The notes: generated from the letters alone by a model not told the origin. 32,000 nucleotides of DNA from Candidatus Hermodarchaeota archaeon (GCA_048886185.1 JBHLKY010000010.1:78526-110525), one strand, 5' to 3'; positions 15,724 to 25,749 are shown, counted from the stretch's first letter. Made by a program: numbers and translations.

Positions 15724-17439
15724 ATGCGAAATAAACTGTCTTATTTCATTCTTTTTTTACTTCTAGCACTGCCTCTGATTACTACTCAAATTCAGGTTTT
15801 TTCAATAGGAACATTTTACATAGTTCAGGAAGGAAAAAACAACCAAATTGTACGAGATTGGTCAAGTATTTCTTTAATCTATCCTGATAAATATCACACT
15901 CCAAACCAATTGATAGAGGAGTTGTTACAGATGAACAATACAGCACCAGAAATAATTGATCTCTACAGCATTGGAAAAAGCATCGAGGGTAGAGACATCT
16001 TCTGTTTACGGGCTACTAATGAGCAAAATGTTATTCCTAAGGCTGGTGTTCTGTTTGTTGCTCATCATCATGCACGAGAACAAATAACGATCGAAATGAT
16101 TCTTCGATTTATGCTTATTCTAGTTAATAATTACAGGATTAACGAAGATATCACTGAATACATTGATAACTTAGACATTTACTTCATACCAACTCTCAAT
16201 CCAGATGGCCTTTACTATAGTCTTGGAAATGATTTCGTACAAGGGAATCCATGGTTCCGTAAAAATTTACGGGATTTTGATGATGATAAAGATGGTCGTT
16301 TTAACGAAGATCCCCCAGAAGACACTAATGGAGATGGATTAATCTCAGAATTCGAGGTGGTCAATAAAATCACGGATAAAATCGTTGATGTTTACCTAGA
16401 GGGGATTGATAATGATGGCGATAGTAGAATAAATGAAGATCCACTTGGTGGAGTCGATTTGAATAGAAACTATAATTATCGCTGGAATGATCCTGCTTGC
16501 CAGAGTGGATCTAGTGATAAAACAACTTCTGCAGATTACCCTGGAACTGATGCTTTTTCTGAACCTGAAACTCGTGCATATCAAAATTTTGTGGAAGATA
16601 AGCGGTTTGCTACAGCTATTTCACTACATTCTGGTATTAATGCTACATATTTTCCCTGGGCTTCTGAAGGGTATTGGACGGAAGGCCCCTTATACAATAA
16701 AATTCGGTCTGATCTATATACGATCCTACCAAATGGGTATATAACAGAACAGGAAGCCTCTCTGGCAACTTATACGACTTGTGCTGGAGAATGGGGGGAC
16801 TTTATGTATGCAAAAAGGGATTGTTTAGTTCCGATGACTTTTGAAATTTATCATAATGTATCTTCTGAAAGTGAATACCAATTTGTGTCTTCAAATGATA
16901 CACACGAAATCTGGCGATGGGACGGTATCTTTGGTTACTTCAATCCCGAGGAAGCAGCGATTCATGCTGTATGGGAAGATATCCAAGGTATCTTCATTTA
17001 TTGGTTGTGCTTAAATCCCCGTTTGAAACCATCAGTAAAATCGATAACAGGGGGAACAAATTTGAGTGATTCACTGGAAATAAAACTCTCAATTGAAAGT
17101 TTAAGTCCATATATAGGAAGTATAGATGAATTGAAGGTTTTAAAAACTGATTTCAGTTTTATAGAGGATAAGGGATCACCAGTAACCATCCCAGCAATAC
17201 CTGCAGGAAAAGTAGTGGAAAGATCCTTTGAATTTAAATTAGAGGAAGAACTTTCCATTGGAACAAATTTAACGCTCTTTATAGGGAATGATTATGTAGG
17301 GTTTAGTTCAATTGTGATTGAAGCCAATGAAATCAAAGCAGCTCAAAATGTATCAATAAGCTTTTTTTCATCATTACTTGCAATCTTGGCTGTTACGATG
17401 CAAAAATATTTCAAATCAAAAAGAAATACTTTTTATTGA
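15724..17439 (+). CDS. Secreted M14 zinc carboxypeptidase with Ca-binding DxD/NxDG insertion and C-terminal membrane anchor
   Basis: Signal peptide, SIGKSIEGRDI, HHARE zinc motif, NPDG, GVDLNRNY, FSEPET, SLHS, FEI, and a hydrophobic plus basic C-terminus. Confidence 0.92.
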   Translation: MRNKLSYFILFLLLALPLITTQIQVFSIGTFYIVQEGKNNQIVRDWSSISLIYPDKYHTPNQLIEELLQMNNTAPEIIDLYSIGKSIEGRDIFCLRATNEQNVIPKAGVLFVAHHHAREQITIEMILRFMLILVNNYRINEDITEYIDNLDIYFIPTLNPDGLYYSLGNDFVQGNPWFRKNLRDFDDDKDGRFNEDPPEDTNGDGLISEFEVVNKITDKIVDVYLEGIDNDGDSRINEDPLGGVDLNRNYNYRWNDPACQSGSSDKTTSADYPGTDAFSEPETRAYQNFVEDKRFATAISLHSGINATYFPWASEGYWTEGPLYNKIRSDLYTILPNGYITEQEASLATYTTCAGEWGDFMYAKRDCLVPMTFEIYHNVSSESEYQFVSSNDTHEIWRWDGIFGYFNPEEAAIHAVWEDIQGIFIYWLCLNPRLKPSVKSITGGTNLSDSLEIKLSIESLSPYIGSIDELKVLKTDFSFIEDKGSPVTIPAIPAGKVVERSFEFKLEEELSIGTNLTLFIGNDYVGFSSIVIEANEIKAAQNVSISFFSSLLAILAVTMQKYFKSKRNTFY

Positions 17440-17479
17440 AGTAGTTGGTACCTCCTATTTAATCCCAACTTTCTCAACA

Positions 17480-18121
17480 TTAAGAAGACCTTCTTCGCTC
17501 AATCTCTTCTTCTACTGCTCGTAAAGTATCTTGAATCATAAGAATACTATCTTCAAGTTGTCTTTTTTCACTTTCAAGATCAGGTAAACTAGCGTTTTTC
17601 AACAATTCAGAGAGTTCTTCATCAGAGAGCTCTAATTTAGATTTTATCATCTGTAAATGAGGAGCTGGTGGTTGATTGCGGCGTGGGTGCATCCTAAACG
17701 ATTTTGCAAATTCTATTCGTGCTTGTTCTAACTTTTGCGCTACTTTCAAACCATAATCCGTTAGCTGGTAATTTTTCGTGAATCGTTTCCTTTCTTTATT
17801 AGACTGGTCTTCAATTTCTGTAATTATTCCCTCCTCTTCGAATTGATTCAGTATTGGATAAATAGATGCTGTTGTAGGCTTCCATCTTTCATCTGTGATT
17901 TCTTCAATTGCTTTAGCAATGTGGTATCCATGGATCTTTTTTCGAAAAGGGCTTTCTTCTGGTTTTATATCGTTTTTATATTCCCTTTCGTGACGTAATA
18001 AATGTAAAATGAAAAATCGTAAGCTACCTCGATGAAAACCTTGGATCCACTTCTCCACAAGCTGATCAGAAATTTCTTTGTCTTCTTTTTCAGATTCCAA
18101 ATAATTGAACCTTCTATTCAA
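17480..18121 (-). CDS. PadR family transcriptional regulator with C-terminal coiled coil
   Basis: HGYHIAKAIE...PTTASIYPILNQFEEEGII...RKRFTKNYQLTDYG winged-HTH pattern. Confidence 0.9.
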   Translation of the reverse strand: MNRRFNYLESEKEDKEISDQLVEKWIQGFHRGSLRFFILHLLRHEREYKNDIKPEESPFRKKIHGYHIAKAIEEITDERWKPTTASIYPILNQFEEEGIITEIEDQSNKERKRFTKNYQLTDYGLKVAQKLEQARIEFAKSFRMHPRRNQPPAPHLQMIKSKLELSDEELSELLKNASLPDLESEKRQLEDSILMIQDTLRAVEEEIERRRSS

Positions 18122-18127
18122 GATGTC

Positions 18128-18154
18128 AGTGATAACTTATGGCTCAATATCACT
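18128..18154. promoter_or_regulatory. Inverted repeat AGTGATA-N13-TATCACT (candidate PadR operator)
   Basis: Perfect 7-bp arms, 6 bp upstream of the PadR start, in the divergent promoter region. Confidence 0.45.
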
Positions 18155-18178
18155 TAAATAATCATTAAAGTTAACATA

Positions 18179-18204
18179 TAGGAAACCTATATATAGTTTT
18201 TCTA
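18179..18204. promoter_or_regulatory. Imperfect palindrome TAGGAAACCTATATATAGTTTTTCTA centred on a TATA-like element
   Basis: 11 of 13 pairs match, core CTATATATAG, 48 bp upstream of the ABC exporter start. Confidence 0.35.
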
Positions 18205-18252
18205 GCTATTGTTTGAATAAAGAAATAAATCAATATAATGGGAAGATAAATT

Positions 18253-20058
18253 ATGCAAGTATCCCAAACAGCTTCAATCGATGCACAACAGAGAAACTAC
18301 ACTCCATTGCCAACAAAAAAGTATCGTTCTGCGACTCATTGGTATTTAAGTTTTTTCTGGCGAAGTCCAGGTCTTGTTTTGTTAAGTTTAGTAATTTCGT
18401 TGATAAGCGTATTTTTAACACTTTTTCCTAGTATTCTTCTTGGACAAGCGTTTAGTATTCTCCAATCTGAAGGATTTTCACAAACATTCTTACTTGTTTG
18501 TCTAGCGATAATAGTTACTGCTATCATAAGTTTTGGAATAACATTTATCGCTAACTATTCGTGGACTGTAGCCGCTTTTAGATACGAGAGAGACATTCGA
18601 CAAGAGTTTTTTGATATCATTCAAGAGCATTCCATGACATTTCATGATGAGATTGATAGTAGTAGCCTGTTATCCATGGCAATGAATGAAATAAGTCAAA
18701 TGAGAATGGGTGTTAACCCTAGTATGCGAATGCTCTCTAGTTCCTTCTTAAGTATGATATTTATTACGTCTATCTTCTTAGTTTTTAATCCTACTTATTT
18801 TCTAATTGCGATAATTGGATTTCCACTATATCTTCTCTTAGTGATTCGATATTCTAAAGTGATTGGGCCAATTCGTGAGGAGCTTGCATCTAGATTAGCG
18901 ATTGTGACACGGGATTCTCAAGAAATCTTTCGTGGTATTGAAGTTGTTCGAAGTTTCAACCGAGAAAATCATGAGAATAAGCGATTTGCGACTACTAGTA
19001 ATAATTACGCTGATATAGTAACAACTGAAGGCCGTTTGTCTGCTTTCTTTTGGCCTGCATTAGTATTGATCGCTCTAACCGCTTTAATCTTTGGGTTGGG
19101 ATTAATCAATTTAGCTGATAATCCAGCTTCCATTGATACATTTACCTCATCTGTTTCCATGTTGTTGTCACTTCAATTCCTTAATTTCATGCTGCCAATG
19201 GCAATTCTAAATATTCGTGCTGGAAAAGCTAATGCAGACCGCATCTGGTCCAAAATGACTTGGCAAGATCCAGTCCCTGACACAGCTCAGGAAGGTGTCG
19301 TTCCGGGTTGGAGTGGAGATATTGTTTTTGATGAGGTTAGTTTTAGCTATGGAAGCTCATCAAAACTTGCATTAAAGAATATTAATATCACAATTCCTTC
19401 TGGTTCGAGAGTTGCTGTAATTGGAGGTCCAGGATCCGGGAAATCAACCTTTCTTAAGTTACTTCTTCGGTTATATGACCCAACAGAAGGACAGATTAAG
19501 ATCAATGGTACGCCTTTAACAGAAATCCCTGCTAAAGAAATCCGCAAAGGAGTAACTATGGTTGAACAGGAAGTATTTCTCTTTTCCGCTTCAGTAAGAG
19601 AGAATATTGCTTTTGCCAATCCTAAAGCTTCATACGAAGAAATTATCTCTGCAGCGGAAAAGGCCCAAGCACTTAAATTCATTGAGAAACTTCCTAAGGG
19701 ATTTGAGACGAGGATTGGAGAACGTGGATCAAAACTTTCAGGCGGACAAAGACAGCGTGTTGCAATTGCGCGAGCTATCCTAGCAGATCCGAAGGTATTA
19801 TTGCTTGACGATTCTGCTTCCGCTATTGACTCCAAGACTGAGCTACTTCTTCGTAGAGCACTTGATAAACTGATGGAGGATCGAACTTCTATCGTTGTAA
19901 CACAACGATTAAGAACACTTATTGAATCTGATTTTATAGTCCTATTTGATAAAGGAGAGATTTGTGCCTATGGATCCCATGAAGAAATGCTTAGGTCATG
20001 CCCTCAATATCAAACGATATTTAAAGCACTTCCAGAGGTTATAGGAGGTCGACTCTAA
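18253..20058 (+). CDS. Heterodimeric ABC exporter, subunit with degenerate NBD (TM287/TmrB/LmrC-like)
   Basis: Six-TM TMD plus NBD. GGPGSGKST, LSGGQ, Walker B LLLDDSAS (D replaces the catalytic E), switch TQRL (Q replaces H). Confidence 0.94.
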   Translation: MQVSQTASIDAQQRNYTPLPTKKYRSATHWYLSFFWRSPGLVLLSLVISLISVFLTLFPSILLGQAFSILQSEGFSQTFLLVCLAIIVTAIISFGITFIANYSWTVAAFRYERDIRQEFFDIIQEHSMTFHDEIDSSSLLSMAMNEISQMRMGVNPSMRMLSSSFLSMIFITSIFLVFNPTYFLIAIIGFPLYLLLVIRYSKVIGPIREELASRLAIVTRDSQEIFRGIEVVRSFNRENHENKRFATTSNNYADIVTTEGRLSAFFWPALVLIALTALIFGLGLINLADNPASIDTFTSSVSMLLSLQFLNFMLPMAILNIRAGKANADRIWSKMTWQDPVPDTAQEGVVPGWSGDIVFDEVSFSYGSSSKLALKNINITIPSGSRVAVIGGPGSGKSTFLKLLLRLYDPTEGQIKINGTPLTEIPAKEIRKGVTMVEQEVFLFSASVRENIAFANPKASYEEIISAAEKAQALKFIEKLPKGFETRIGERGSKLSGGQRQRVAIARAILADPKVLLLDDSASAIDSKTELLLRRALDKLMEDRTSIVVTQRLRTLIESDFIVLFDKGEICAYGSHEEMLRSCPQYQTIFKALPEVIGGRL

Positions 20059-22091
20059 TGGCACATCCTCGAGGTCGTGGTCCTCATGGGCTCTTTGTGG
20101 ATACAAAATATAAGAAAGTACGATCCACAAAACAATTACTTAAAATGTTATGGGGCTACCTAGCTCCTTTTAAAGGATTTCTTATACTTTCAGGACTCTT
20201 GATATTAGCTTATGCCATTGGATCAATTATTTCTCCACTAATAATAAGTGAAGGCTTGGATGCAGCTGTTGCTACTGATAAACCTGATGTCGAATTTATT
20301 ATTCTCTTATTCGCCATTTTTTTAGCTTTATCTCTTATTATCTGGTTCATTAATGCCTTAAACACTTATATTCTAGCTCGATTGAGGGCTAAGATGCTCC
20401 ATAATGTCCGAATTGATGTTTTTGAGCGTTTGGTCTCCGCTGATATGTCCTTTCATAAACAAGAACAGAGTGGTAATGTAACCAGTCGTGTGACTAGTGA
20501 TACTGATGAATTGGCTGTTGGAATCACAGTGGTTACTAATGCGAGTTCCCAGCTTCTTTTGACTTTTGGTACCTTCTTTCTTCTTTTAGCTACTAGTTGG
20601 ATTATAACTGGGATTGCATTACTAGCAATACCTGCAGCAGCGCTATTAGCTACTATTCTTGGCACACTTGGCCGAAAAATCATGTACCGTGTCCGAAAAT
20701 CCTATGGTGAAGTGTCAGGACAAATGGCAGAGAGTCTTGCCGGAGTGTCAATTGCAAAATCGTTCAATCGTGAGATATGGTCTTCTTCTATCCTTTATGA
20801 GCTTAATCAAAGAACTTATCAATATTTCAAGCAAATGGGTGCCATTTTTAATTTCATGTTCCCTGCAGTATCTGTGGTTTCTACAACTTTAGTTGCATTG
20901 ACTCTTATTGTAGGCGGATGGCTGCCAGAGTCAGCGATCACTCTTGGATCAATTTATTTAGGAACAATTCTTGTCCAGCGGTTTTTGGATCCCATACTTC
21001 ACTTAGCAATGTATTATCCCCAACTTCAGTCCTCATTAGCAGCTATGGACAGAGTAGCGGACGTTCTAGAGCAAAAACCCCAAGTAACTGACACATTAAA
21101 TGCGAAAATCCTAACTTTAGAAGATACAAGTGTCACTTTGGATAATGTTTCTTATGAATATCTTAAAGGAACCCCTGTTCTCCAAGAAGTCACTTTCAAG
21201 GTTGAGGAAGGAGAAAAGATCGCGATTGTCGGGCATACAGGAGCTGGCAAAACAACATTGGCAGCTCTTCTCACTCGTTTTTATGATCCAACCGAGGGTC
21301 GGATTTTAATTGGCGATCAAGACTTACGTGACATCAAGCTGGAAAGTTTGCATACATCCATTGGATTAATTCCCCAAGAACCGTACCTCTTCGCAGATAC
21401 AGTTCTTGAGAATATTCGTTATGGTAATCCAGAGGTGAGTGATCGTGAAATCTTTGAATTATGTAAACTTATAGGAGCTGATGACTTCATCGAAGCATTA
21501 CCAAGTGGATATCAGACATTGTTACAGGAAAGTGGTAAGGGTTTAAGTTCAGGACAAAGGCAGATGATTACGATTGCTCGGGCAATGCTTGCTGATCCAA
21601 AGATTCTCGTACTTGATGAGGCCACATCCCGTCTTGATGCCTATTCTGAGAGTTTGGTTCAGCAGGCGCAAAAAGCTTTATTTCAAGGGAGGACAACTTT
21701 TGTTATTGCTCACCGGTTAACAACCATTCGGGATGTAGATCGGTTAGCAGTCTTTCAGAAAGGAAAATTAGTTGAACTTGGCACACATGAAGAGCTTCTT
21801 GCCAAAAATGGAGTTTACGCTGAATTATACCATACTTATTATGCACATCAAGGATTAGAAGAGTTGGCTGAAGTTTATAAAGCTCCTCCAGCTAAACTTA
21901 CTTCTATGCCTGGAGTTATGCCTCCAGCTATTGAGAAAATGATACAAGCTCATGGTATGAATCCTGATCGCATAAATGCCATGATGAAAGAAAGGGGTAT
22001 AAATCCTGAAGAAATGCACAATATAATGAGACAAAAAGGATTTACTCCTGAAAAAATGCGTGAACGGATGAAAGAGAAAGGTTCCGATTAA
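20058..22091 (+). CDS. Heterodimeric ABC exporter, subunit with consensus NBD (TM288/TmrA/LmrD-like) and a Met-rich C-terminal tail
   Basis: GHTGAGKTT, LSSGQ, VLDEATS, IAHRL. TAATG overlap with the partner gene. Confidence 0.94.
   Translation: MAHPRGRGPHGLFVDTKYKKVRSTKQLLKMLWGYLAPFKGFLILSGLLILAYAIGSIISPLIISEGLDAAVATDKPDVEFIILLFAIFLALSLIIWFINALNTYILARLRAKMLHNVRIDVFERLVSADMSFHKQEQSGNVTSRVTSDTDELAVGITVVTNASSQLLLTFGTFFLLLATSWIITGIALLAIPAAALLATILGTLGRKIMYRVRKSYGEVSGQMAESLAGVSIAKSFNREIWSSSILYELNQRTYQYFKQMGAIFNFMFPAVSVVSTTLVALTLIVGGWLPESAITLGSIYLGTILVQRFLDPILHLAMYYPQLQSSLAAMDRVADVLEQKPQVTDTLNAKILTLEDTSVTLDNVSYEYLKGTPVLQEVTFKVEEGEKIAIVGHTGAGKTTLAALLTRFYDPTEGRILIGDQDLRDIKLESLHTSIGLIPQEPYLFADTVLENIRYGNPEVSDREIFELCKLIGADDFIEALPSGYQTLLQESGKGLSSGQRQMITIARAMLADPKILVLDEATSRLDAYSESLVQQAQKALFQGRTTFVIAHRLTTIRDVDRLAVFQKGKLVELGTHEELLAKNGVYAELYHTYYAHQGLEELAEVYKAPPAKLTSMPGVMPPAIEKMIQAHGMNPDRINAMMKERGINPEEMHNIMRQKGFTPEKMRERMKEKGSD
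21954..22079 (+). repeat. Three in-frame 42-nt (14-aa) degenerate repeats
   Basis: GMNPDRINAMMKER / GINPEEMHNIMRQK / GFTPEKMRERMKEK, with exact 42-nt periodicity of the Gly codons (21954, 21996, 22038, 22080). Confidence 0.8.
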
Positions 22092-22111
22092 TCTCTTTAT
22101 TTCTTTCTTTT
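22092..22111 (+). terminator. Possible archaeal oligo-T terminator
   Basis: T-rich tract TCTCTTTATTTCTTTCTTTT immediately after the exporter stop codon. Confidence 0.35.
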
Positions 22112-22225
22112 ACATTTGTAAGATAAAGTAGATAAGGATCATTTCTTAAATAAAGTAGGTGTCTATATTTAGATAACTACTCATAAAGAAAAAATTTAAC
22201 ATTTTCTTATAGTCATAATTCTAAA

Positions 22226-23722
22226 GTGATGGAAACGATTTCCATGGCTAAGAATCATTCCAATGGTACTACTTTTGGCTTTGAAGAGAAATTGTGGAGA
22301 TCTGCTGAAAAATTACGAAGCGATTTGGATGCATCAGAATATCGTACTGTAGTTTTGGGTCTCATCTTCCTGAAGTATATTTCTGATCGTAGTAGTGAAA
22401 ATAGAGGTAATTTACAAAAAACCCTCTTAATTCCACAGGCAGCTCGTTGGGATTATATAAAGAAGCTTGTCAAACAAAAGAAATTAGAAATAGGAAAAAA
22501 TATCGATTTCGCAATGGAAACAATAGAGCAAAAAAATCCCTCATTGAAGGGGATCCTACCGAAAATATATTCAAAAGACTCATTAGATAGAGAACGTTTA
22601 AGTGAATTAATTGAATTAATAGAATCAATTGGTTTAGTAGAAGAGGAAGTAAAAAATGTTGATATACTTGGTAGAGTATTTGAATATTTTTTAGGCCAAT
22701 TTGCGCTATCTGAAGGTAGGAAAGGTGGCCAGTTTTATACTCCTCCTAGTATCGTTAGACTCCTTGTCGAAATGATCAAACCGTATAAAGGGAAAGTATT
22801 TGATCCTTGTTGTGGATCAGGAGGGATGTTTATACAAAGTGAAAAGTTTATTGAATCACAAGGAGGGAAAACTGCTGATATTTTGATATATGGGCAAGAG
22901 TCTAATCGAACTACATGGGCTCTTTGTAAAATGAATCTTGCAATTCATGGGATTAATGGTAATATTATGTGGGGAGATAGTTTTTCTAATGATTTGCATA
23001 AGAATCAAAAATTTGACTTTGTTCTAGCAAATCCTCCGTTTAACGTTAAAGATTGGAAAGGGGATACACTTACTCAAGATTACCGATGGATATATGGCAT
23101 ACCACCATTTAGAAATGCTAATTTTGCTTGGGTACAGCATTTCATACATCATCTAGATGAAAAAGGGATTGCAGGTTTTATTCTTACTAATGGATCGTTA
23201 AGTTCTACAATGTCAAATGAAGGAAATATCCGAAAAAATATTGTAGAAGCTGGTCTTGTTGACTGTATAGTAACATTACCAGATAAGCTATTCTATAATA
23301 CAGGGATTCCAGCTTGTTTATGGATCATTAAGCGGAATACAAAGAATAGAGATGGTAAACATGAAGTTCTTTTTATTGATGCGAGACGTTTAGGGGTTCT
23401 AGTCGATAGGATGCATAAACAGCTGAGTGAGAACGACATCCAAGTAATTTCAAAGACATACATTAATTGGAAAACTGAAACAGGAGAATATTTGGATATC
23501 CTAGGTTTTTGTAAATCTAGCACTATTGATCAAATTCGTAATCATAATTATATTCTCACTCCTGCACGCTATGTTGGCGTGGCAGAAACTGAAGATAAAA
23601 ATGGATCTTTTAAGGCAAAAATGGACTGGCTTACATCTGAAATTGCGGAACAGTTTAAAGAGTCGGAGAAATTTAAGGAAAAAATACAGGAAAATCTTAG
23701 TGATCTTGGATTTGAGCTTTAA
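22226..23722 (+). CDS. hsdM: Type I R-M methyltransferase subunit
   Basis: LWRSAEKLR, GQFYTP, motif I FDPCCGSGGMF, YGQE, motif IV ANPPF, LFYNTGIPACLW, YILTPARYVG. Start may be Met7 (22244). Confidence 0.96.
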   Translation: MMETISMAKNHSNGTTFGFEEKLWRSAEKLRSDLDASEYRTVVLGLIFLKYISDRSSENRGNLQKTLLIPQAARWDYIKKLVKQKKLEIGKNIDFAMETIEQKNPSLKGILPKIYSKDSLDRERLSELIELIESIGLVEEEVKNVDILGRVFEYFLGQFALSEGRKGGQFYTPPSIVRLLVEMIKPYKGKVFDPCCGSGGMFIQSEKFIESQGGKTADILIYGQESNRTTWALCKMNLAIHGINGNIMWGDSFSNDLHKNQKFDFVLANPPFNVKDWKGDTLTQDYRWIYGIPPFRNANFAWVQHFIHHLDEKGIAGFILTNGSLSSTMSNEGNIRKNIVEAGLVDCIVTLPDKLFYNTGIPACLWIIKRNTKNRDGKHEVLFIDARRLGVLVDRMHKQLSENDIQVISKTYINWKTETGEYLDILGFCKSSTIDQIRNHNYILTPARYVGVAETEDKNGSFKAKMDWLTSEIAEQFKESEKFKEKIQENLSDLGFEL

Positions 23723-23723
23723 G

Positions 23724-25019
23724 ATGAATCCAAATTATAAAAACACTGAAGTTGGAACCATTCCTTCTGAGTGGAAAGTTAAGAAAGTTAAGCAAATAGC
23801 AAATATCAATGAGCTGAATATTGATAAAAATTTCAAGTGCGAAGAAATAGATTATATTGATATCTCTTCTATTAAGGAGGGAAGGATTACTAAGACCAAA
23901 AGATTTCTAACCGATCAAGCTCCAAGTAGAGCTAAGAGAATTGTTCGGGACAATGATATACTTATTTCTAGTGTCAGACCAAATTTGAGGCATTACACGT
24001 TCATAAAAAAAAGCGCAAAACGGTTAATAGCTTCCACTGGATTTACAATAATTACCTCAAAAAGGATCAATCCCCATTATTTATATTATTATTTAACAAG
24101 TGATTATTATACTAGATTTCTTACATGTATTGCCGATACTCATACATCAGCGTATCCAGCTTTCACTCCTGATGTGATTGGATCATCACTGATCCCGTAC
24201 CCTCCTGATAATGAGCAGGATAGAATTGGAAACATTCTATCGAATTTTGATACCAAGATAGAGCTTAACATTAATTTGAATCGCAACCTTTTATTAATAA
24301 GCCGAACATTATTTAACTATTGGTTTATAGATTTGGAATTTCCTAATGATTCTGGTAATCCTTACAAATCTAGCGGAGGTAAAATGGTTTTTTCAACTAA
24401 ATTAGGTGATGAGATTCCAGAGACTTGGAATGTTGGTTCAATCGGGGATTTAGTTCAAGTTCAGCCAGGATATGCATTTAGGAGTGTAGACTTTTTAGAG
24501 AATGGCTCTATTGGTGTTGTGAAAATTAGGAATATTTTGGATAATATTGTTGATATTAAAAATACTCAATATGTTTCACGAGAAATAATTTCTAATTTAG
24601 ATGATAAATATTCAATTAACCCTGGATCTATTCTCATTGCGATGACAGGAGCCAATGTAGGGAAGATTGGTATTGTTCCAAAAACAAAGAGGGAACTCTG
24701 GTTGAATCAAAGAGTAGGTATGTTTAAGGAGAAAATTGACAAAGGATTATACATTACATATTTCATGTTAACCAATGATAAATTTCAGAGAATTTTAAGG
24801 AATAGAGCATTTGGAACTGCTCAACAGAACATTAGTTCTACCGATATTGAATCCATAGAAATTGTTATTCCTCCCAGAGAATTAATTGCAAGGTTTGGTC
24901 TGTTTTTTGAGCCATTTTACCAAGGAATAATCCAAAATCTTTATGAAAATGAGAAGCTGTCTGAATTAAGGGATACTCTTTTACCAAAGTTGGTTTTCGG
25001 CCAACTTAGAGTCGAATGA
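23724..25019 (+). CDS. hsdS: Type I R-M specificity subunit
   Basis: Start reassigned to ATG 23724 (MNPNYK), 1 bp after the hsdM stop. Two TRDs with conserved repeats IPSEW / IPETW, PYPPDNEQDRI, LSELRDTLLPKL. Confidence 0.93.
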   Translation: MNPNYKNTEVGTIPSEWKVKKVKQIANINELNIDKNFKCEEIDYIDISSIKEGRITKTKRFLTDQAPSRAKRIVRDNDILISSVRPNLRHYTFIKKSAKRLIASTGFTIITSKRINPHYLYYYLTSDYYTRFLTCIADTHTSAYPAFTPDVIGSSLIPYPPDNEQDRIGNILSNFDTKIELNINLNRNLLLISRTLFNYWFIDLEFPNDSGNPYKSSGGKMVFSTKLGDEIPETWNVGSIGDLVQVQPGYAFRSVDFLENGSIGVVKIRNILDNIVDIKNTQYVSREIISNLDDKYSINPGSILIAMTGANVGKIGIVPKTKRELWLNQRVGMFKEKIDKGLYITYFMLTNDKFQRILRNRAFGTAQQNISSTDIESIEIVIPPRELIARFGLFFEPFYQGIIQNLYENEKLSELRDTLLPKLVFGQLRVE

Positions 25020-25086
25020 CAATAAATAATAATAAAAACAATGACAATTGGTCATAAAATGTATTTCAAGTTAATGGGGACCTAAG

Positions 25087-25719
25087 ATGATATTCGATTA
25101 TACAACTGTTGGACTTTTTTTTGCAATTAATCTGACAATTTATTTTTTAATTAGTCTTCCTTTGGATTACTTCACTTATTTTCGAAAAAATTCTGAGCGT
25201 AAAAGAAGGAATTCTCAAGATCTTGACATCACTTTTACAATGATTATAACTTTTCTTGTTTCTGCATATATGTGGCTGATATTTCTTTTGGTTCCTCTAG
25301 ATGTTCTGGTTGGTTTGAATATTTTCAATGATCAATTATTATCAGCTTTTGAACCATTTGCCACGGTGATCCAAGTTTTAGGTTTTGGAATAGTAATCAT
25401 TGCCACATTAATTGCTTCTTGGGGCCGTATATCAAGGGGAAACCGTGCTTTCTCCTGGGGGATTCCTAAAAAGCTAGAAAAGGAAGGGATGTATCGTTAT
25501 ATTAGACATCCTCTTTATGCCTCCTACTGCTATTATTTCTTGGGTTTTTCAATGATTCTCCAACATATATTGATTCTTCCCCTTTTATTTGGTATTTATG
25601 GTTATTATGACCTTTCAAATTATGAAGAGTCAATTTTAGTTGATCATTTCGGAGAAGAATATCTGCAATACAGAGAAACAGTTGGCCGGTTCTTTCCTCG
25701 ATTGCAAAAAAAGGATTAA
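25087..25719 (+). CDS. Isoprenylcysteine carboxyl methyltransferase / PEMT family membrane protein
   Basis: LEKEGMYRYIRHPLYASY and EESILVDHFGEEYLQYRETVGRFFP motifs. Confidence 0.9.
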   Translation: MIFDYTTVGLFFAINLTIYFLISLPLDYFTYFRKNSERKRRNSQDLDITFTMIITFLVSAYMWLIFLLVPLDVLVGLNIFNDQLLSAFEPFATVIQVLGFGIVIIATLIASWGRISRGNRAFSWGIPKKLEKEGMYRYIRHPLYASYCYYFLGFSMILQHILILPLLFGIYGYYDLSNYEESILVDHFGEEYLQYRETVGRFFPRLQKKD

Positions 25720-25749
25720 GTAATCCAACAGAGGATGACATCTAATATA

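Noticed and set aside
23526-23723. N-terminal 66 aa of the ORF-track HsdS
   Set aside because: It overlaps the hsdM C-terminus in another frame and has no HsdS character. ATG 23724 gives a typical start.
1615-25719. Ste24-like protease plus ICMT-like methyltransferase as a eukaryote-like CAAX processing pathway
   Set aside because: The genes are about 22 kb apart, both families are widespread in prokaryotes, no prenyltransferase is present, and no ORF here ends in CaaX (the MTase ends QCPN, with Cys at -3).
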